From Tubiluchus corallicola (Eukaryota; Animalia; Priapulida), in contig JAQGDQ010000336.1 of assembly GCA_030141605.1 (NCBI GenBank), forward strand, positions 1 to 64,000: a stretch of DNA of 64,000 bases. Reading direction: 5' to 3'. The notes under the pieces were generated by a model, which had not been told where the DNA came from, did not search any database, and was given only the letters and a program-made list of their open reading frames with translations. Every line of letters starts with the position of its first letter. Position 1 is the stretch's first letter. Shown in pieces: positions 61,501-64,000 of this stretch. The position numbers and the translations under genes were made by a program.

Positions 61501-63612
61501 TAACGTTGGTTCATGTCACTGCGTCATAATCACAATGATTTCATCGTGATAAAGTAACAGTGATAAATACTGCATTACGTTTAATTCGTATAGAAAAAAG
61601 TTTCAGTAACTAAAATTTGTTGATCTTTGTGACTAAAAAATCCATCTATGTTAACGATAAACAGTTTTAATTACTAGATTAAATTAATTTGACTAGATTC
61701 AGCACAAATTTTAGTCACAAAGCTTTGTAAATGTGTTACTGAGCATATACTAAAATCAATACAAATTTATGCCTGTTTCTCAACAGTTTTCCACCCTAAG
61801 ACGCAAATTAACAAAACATCGATGGAAGTCCCACACATGATTAGATTATACTCACGGCACAATATAACCCATTTAATGTAATTCTTTGAGAAGGGTAACG
61901 TAATTTTCTATATGTGAGGAAATTTATCACTTTTTGAAGTGTTGCTCGTGACCACAGCTGCTGGCAAAAAACAGTAGACAACGACTGTAATATTCAACTT
62001 AATGGTAACCAAGTAATAAAAAACTTTATTGCTTTGTTCAAATCTAATTAATATGCCCAACAAATGACAGCAAAATAATAACATTACATGTTGTTATTTA
62101 TTTATCTATTTACTTCTTTATAAATGCAGTTATATATAATTATGTTTCATAGGCCATAAGTTCACTGACTAACAATGGCAAATGTGGATAGCTCTTATAG
62201 TAGTTGTCTATATTCGTAGTGTGTAGTGTCAAATGTGAAAAGTGCGTTAAAAACATAAATAATTATAATTAGATATCATGCCTCTTTATGAGACATAAAA
62301 ACACAGAAAACTTGTGTTTCATAAGTAGTAGCCATTTGAGTAAACAAAACTGAATGCACTGAAGCACTTAATAGTTTTAATTACTAATGATAGTTTTTCT
62401 GTTTTGCTTAAATTGTCTAACCTCAGTATTGTTTTTATCGCTCAAAACAATTTAACAATTTATATGTATCGTATCATACCGTCTAAAAATAGATCATCTT
62501 TATCGTACCATTGGAGAAAAGTATTGTGTCATTATCGTATTGCCAAATTTGTATCAACACCCCCTAATTTGATGTTTAAAATCATTTTGTATATTTTGTT
62601 GTGGGACAGTTGACTTGGTGACAGGCGTCTCCATTTTACTCCATTTTTCTGTACTAGTTCTTGTGTTCCATAGTCATTAGCGTTATGCTTAACATTATTT
62701 GATTAAACACGATTGCATATTTTTGTTTCATTATATTTAGTTTGATTTTATCATGCATATTTTGTCTCATTTACTTTATTATTATTTATCTTTTATTTTT
62801 TTCTTTTGGTTTGACTTTATTCTAGTTTGTTTTATGTTTTGATCGGTTAGTTAAATGCTTTACGTATTTTGTTGATCATCATTTCATATTTTTCATTTTA
62901 TTTTTAAGCTTCCTTGTTGCATAGCCTATTTAGTTATTTCGCTTTCAAGTTTAATTTCTTCCCCTATAAATTTATGTTAACAGTTGATTTGCTTAACTTA
63001 CTTCATAATTATATTACACTGTTCAAATAGCAGCACAACATTTTTTTTACAATTTACACTTACCTGAGAATTGGTACCTGACTTGATGACCAATTGGGCT
63101 TTCGCTACCCTTTCTCTTGCACCCCCCCTAACTCTTTCCTTTATGCATGATTTAGCCTGTTTAATTAATAACTATAGCAATAATAGCTTATTTGTATTCT
63201 GGTTTAAATCAGGAGATAAATATTAAATAAAATGTCTATCACTCTATGTCTCGTAACAGCTGTCGATCGAAATTTAAGTGAAATAGTGATTATATAATCT
63301 GGTACGCTTATGAAGTATACAAAGTAATTGTGTCTTCAACCTGTTAAAAATATATACTATTAACTTCGCTATTGCCGTATTGGTATGACTATGAGCTTCC
63401 CATTCTGATCATAATGATAGAAAAATTTTGATAAACAGCTGGCCTGCTAAACGCTTAACTCCATACTATTATTTCACTTTTGATAACACTTAAATACTAC
63501 AGAGCTACGTTAGAATTTTACTACAGAAAAGACGAATAGCTATAAATACTAAACATAAATACAAAGTAATTTACTGACTTAGTAAATTTTCCAATGTATC
63601 ACCAGACGCCAT
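43455..63612 (-). CDS. GGA1: ADP-ribosylation factor-binding protein GGA (VHS-GAT-hinge-GAE clathrin adaptor), complete, 16 exons, about 677 aa
   Basis: Exons in transcript order: 63579-63612 (ATG), 59724-59884, 59088-59186, 58303-58458, 52524-52616, 52277-52357, 51532-51669, 50658-50733, 49882-49998, 49438-49560, 48372-48547, 46640-46908, 45844-45986, 44223-44386, 43929-44039, 43455-43547 (TAG). Total 2034 nt in frame. VHS (FHTEIGKFRFLNEMIKLVSPK), GAT (LLRSRNPEDLQAANRLIKNLV), GAE (QVAVPKVMRVKLQP...TQVMLLANP). Likely co-orthologue of GGA1/2/3. Confidence 0.95.
43929..44039 (-). CDS. GGA1: GGA exon 15, GAE (VMRVKLQPASATDLPAFNPILPTATITQVMLLANPNK)
   Basis: tttag|...|gtatat. Confidence 0.95.
44223..44386 (-). 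CDS. GGA1: GGA exon 14, GAE (ELPPMTIYDKNGLRTIMHFAK...FQVAVPK)
   Basis: tttag|...|gtaaat. Confidence 0.95.
45844..45986 (-). CDS. GGA1: GGA exon 13 (...KVPMSQLQ...PLTDLFIALENILP)
   Basis: ttaag|...|gtaatc. Confidence 0.9.
46640..46908 (-). CDS. GGA1: GGA exon 12, hinge (...GLSEIDELGKKLIEQQLP...)
   Basis: tttag|...|gttatc; resembles the GGA motif LEELDLLGKTLLQQSLP. Confidence 0.88.
47058..47130 (-). mobile_element. tRNA-derived SINE head
   Basis: - strand TTACTCAGTTGGCAGAAC (A box) ... GTTTGAGTCC (B box). Confidence 0.5.
47308..48268. repeat. Long inverted repeat (about 160-bp arms), foldback-like element in GGA intron 11
   Basis: 47308-47467 is the approximate reverse complement of 48106-48268 (e.g. 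TTCATTTATATTGTAAAATTATTTACTG vs CAGTAAATAATTTTACAATATAAATGAA). Confidence 0.85.
48372..48547 (-). CDS. GGA1: GGA exon 11, Pro/Ser-rich hinge
   Basis: aacag|...|gtaaac, phase 1-0, open frame. Confidence 0.85.
48855..49005 (+). mobile_element. 5S-derived SINE fragment
   Basis: GAACCTGGTTAGTAAATGGATGGGTGA is 5S box C-like; TTCATCTGC and CTTTGCTGACTTAGTATC body motifs as in the 31690 copy. Confidence 0.55.
49438..49560 (-). CDS. GGA1: GGA exon 10, hinge (ENPWLDFVETP...DSMLLEIDLNNL)
   Basis: ttcag|...|gtgagt, phase 1-1. Confidence 0.88.
49882..49998 (-). CDS. GGA1: GGA exon 9, end of GAT (DVLKANDELTQVMEKYK...)
   Basis: tttag|...|gtatgt. Confidence 0.93.
50658..50733 (-). CDS. GGA1: GGA exon 8, GAT (ELYEACEKLRPNLFRLASETDDESI)
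   Basis: tttag|...|gtgagc. Confidence 0.95.
51532..51669 (-). CDS. GGA1: GGA exon 7, GAT
   Basis: DALKSEKVSKRITELETVKNNTKLLSDM...RELMK; attag|...|gtaaat. Confidence 0.93.
52277..52357 (-). CDS. GGA1: GGA exon 6, N-GAT Arf-binding region (LLSKLLRSRNPEDLQAANRLIKNLVRE)
   Basis: tacag|...|gtattc. Confidence 0.95.
52524..52616 (-). CDS. GGA1: GGA exon 5, linker (PNQTNQ...PRKNEIQMDTEKQK)
   Basis: tttag|...|gtacat, phase 0-0. Confidence 0.85.
53259..56331 (-). mobile_element. Full-length decayed hAT transposon (ZMYM1/DUF4371-like transposase pseudogene) in GGA intron 4
   Basis: TIRs CAGTGGCATGC / CAGTGGCGTGC (10/11); flanks GAACCTTG / GACCCCTG (6/8 target duplication); broken - strand ORFs 54403-55731 with TSNRIQNDLIE, AILLDKTSDI, QTYDDGTAMMAG and YAHALYLVL, matching the hAT motifs QNE, DETTD, YDGA.M.G and C.AH.LNL. 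Confidence 0.9.
58303..58458 (-). CDS. GGA1: GGA exon 4, end of VHS (YLGNRTSSKV...AYDMLKRQGIVKHDPVLPH)
   Basis: ttcag|...|gtaagg. Confidence 0.95.
58553..58648. repeat. (CAG)n/(CAA)n trinucleotide microsatellite
   Basis: agcagcagcagcagc...aacaacaacagcaacagcaacaacaacaacaacaac in GGA intron 3. Confidence 0.85.
59088..59186 (-). CDS. GGA1: GGA exon 3, VHS (VLEQCAKNCERPFHTEIGKFRFLNEMIKLVSPK)
   Basis: tttag|...|gtgagg. Confidence 0.95.
59724..59884 (-). CDS. GGA1: GGA exon 2, VHS (SATSPINRDYDWEKVIAFCDQVNRDVDGPQIAAKLLSHKIQSPQEWEALLALS)
   Basis: tctag|...|gtgagt on the - strand. Confidence 0.95.
59950..60545. repeat. Interspersed repeat (TGACCCTTGACC-rich non-autonomous element) preceded by an 11-bp tandem AAAGGCCTAAG-like unit
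   Basis: Repeated GACCCTTGACCCT and GGTCA motifs, plus GAAAGGTCTCGATGAG-like segments. Confidence 0.45.
63579..63612 (-). CDS. GGA1: GGA exon 1 (MASGDTLENLL)
   Basis: ATG at 63612-63610, donor gtcagt, phase 1 matches exon 2. Confidence 0.8.
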
Positions 63613-63736
63613 ATTCGTCGTATTTAGGCCTAGTGAAATCTCGCATTAAAAATACGCTGCAAATTGATAGCACTACGACTACGTCTGTCAAAAGGCAAAA
63701 GCTTGTAAATTGAATGTCTAAACTCTAAAGTTACGG

Positions 63737-63865
63737 TTAAATGGAAGTTCTTTAACCTTTTTATTGTATAAAGTATTGTAAATTTCCTTCTGAAGCCGTT
63801 TAAGGTTATGGCTAAATGAAAATTCTTAACCTTCTGTATAAAGTAGTGTAAATTACATTCTAAAT
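63737..63865. repeat. Tandem duplication, unit about 74 bp, upstream of the GGA start codon
   Basis: G.TAAATG.AA.TTCTT(T)AACCTT...TGTATAAAGTA.TGTAAATT.C.TTCT x2. Confidence 0.7.
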
Positions 63866-64000
63866 AATTAAAGCCACGCGAATAACCAGGTCAGCATCCA
63901 TATTGAAATATGTAACATGTCATTGTACTAATTATATCATTTATTTGCAGATACATTGTGTTAATCCATGTGCGACGTTTAACTATGTACATATCATCTT

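Overview
AT-rich, intron-rich animal (invertebrate-like) genomic DNA, not prokaryotic. Most six-frame ORFs are spurious or partial exons. Three spliced genes can be rebuilt by hand from GT-AG boundaries with consistent phases. (1) On the + strand, a conventional protein kinase C (PKC alpha/beta type; its 5' exons lie upstream of the window) spans 1611-34924. It has two alternative last exons matching vertebrate PKC-betaII/alpha-like (31077-31241) and betaI-like (34772-34924) C-termini, a candidate 30-nt hinge microexon, and a C1A exon that appears 24 nt short. (2) On the + strand, a 4-exon coiled-coil gene resembling CCDC122 spans 38766-41439. (3) On the - strand, a complete 16-exon GGA adaptor gene (VHS-GAT-hinge-GAE, about 677 aa) spans 43455-63612. 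Introns hold a decayed full-length hAT transposon, pogo/Tigger, piggyBac and hAT MITEs, LINE remnants, 5S rRNA- and tRNA-derived SINE-like elements, and a 160-bp inverted repeat. All homology calls come from recalled motifs, not database searches.
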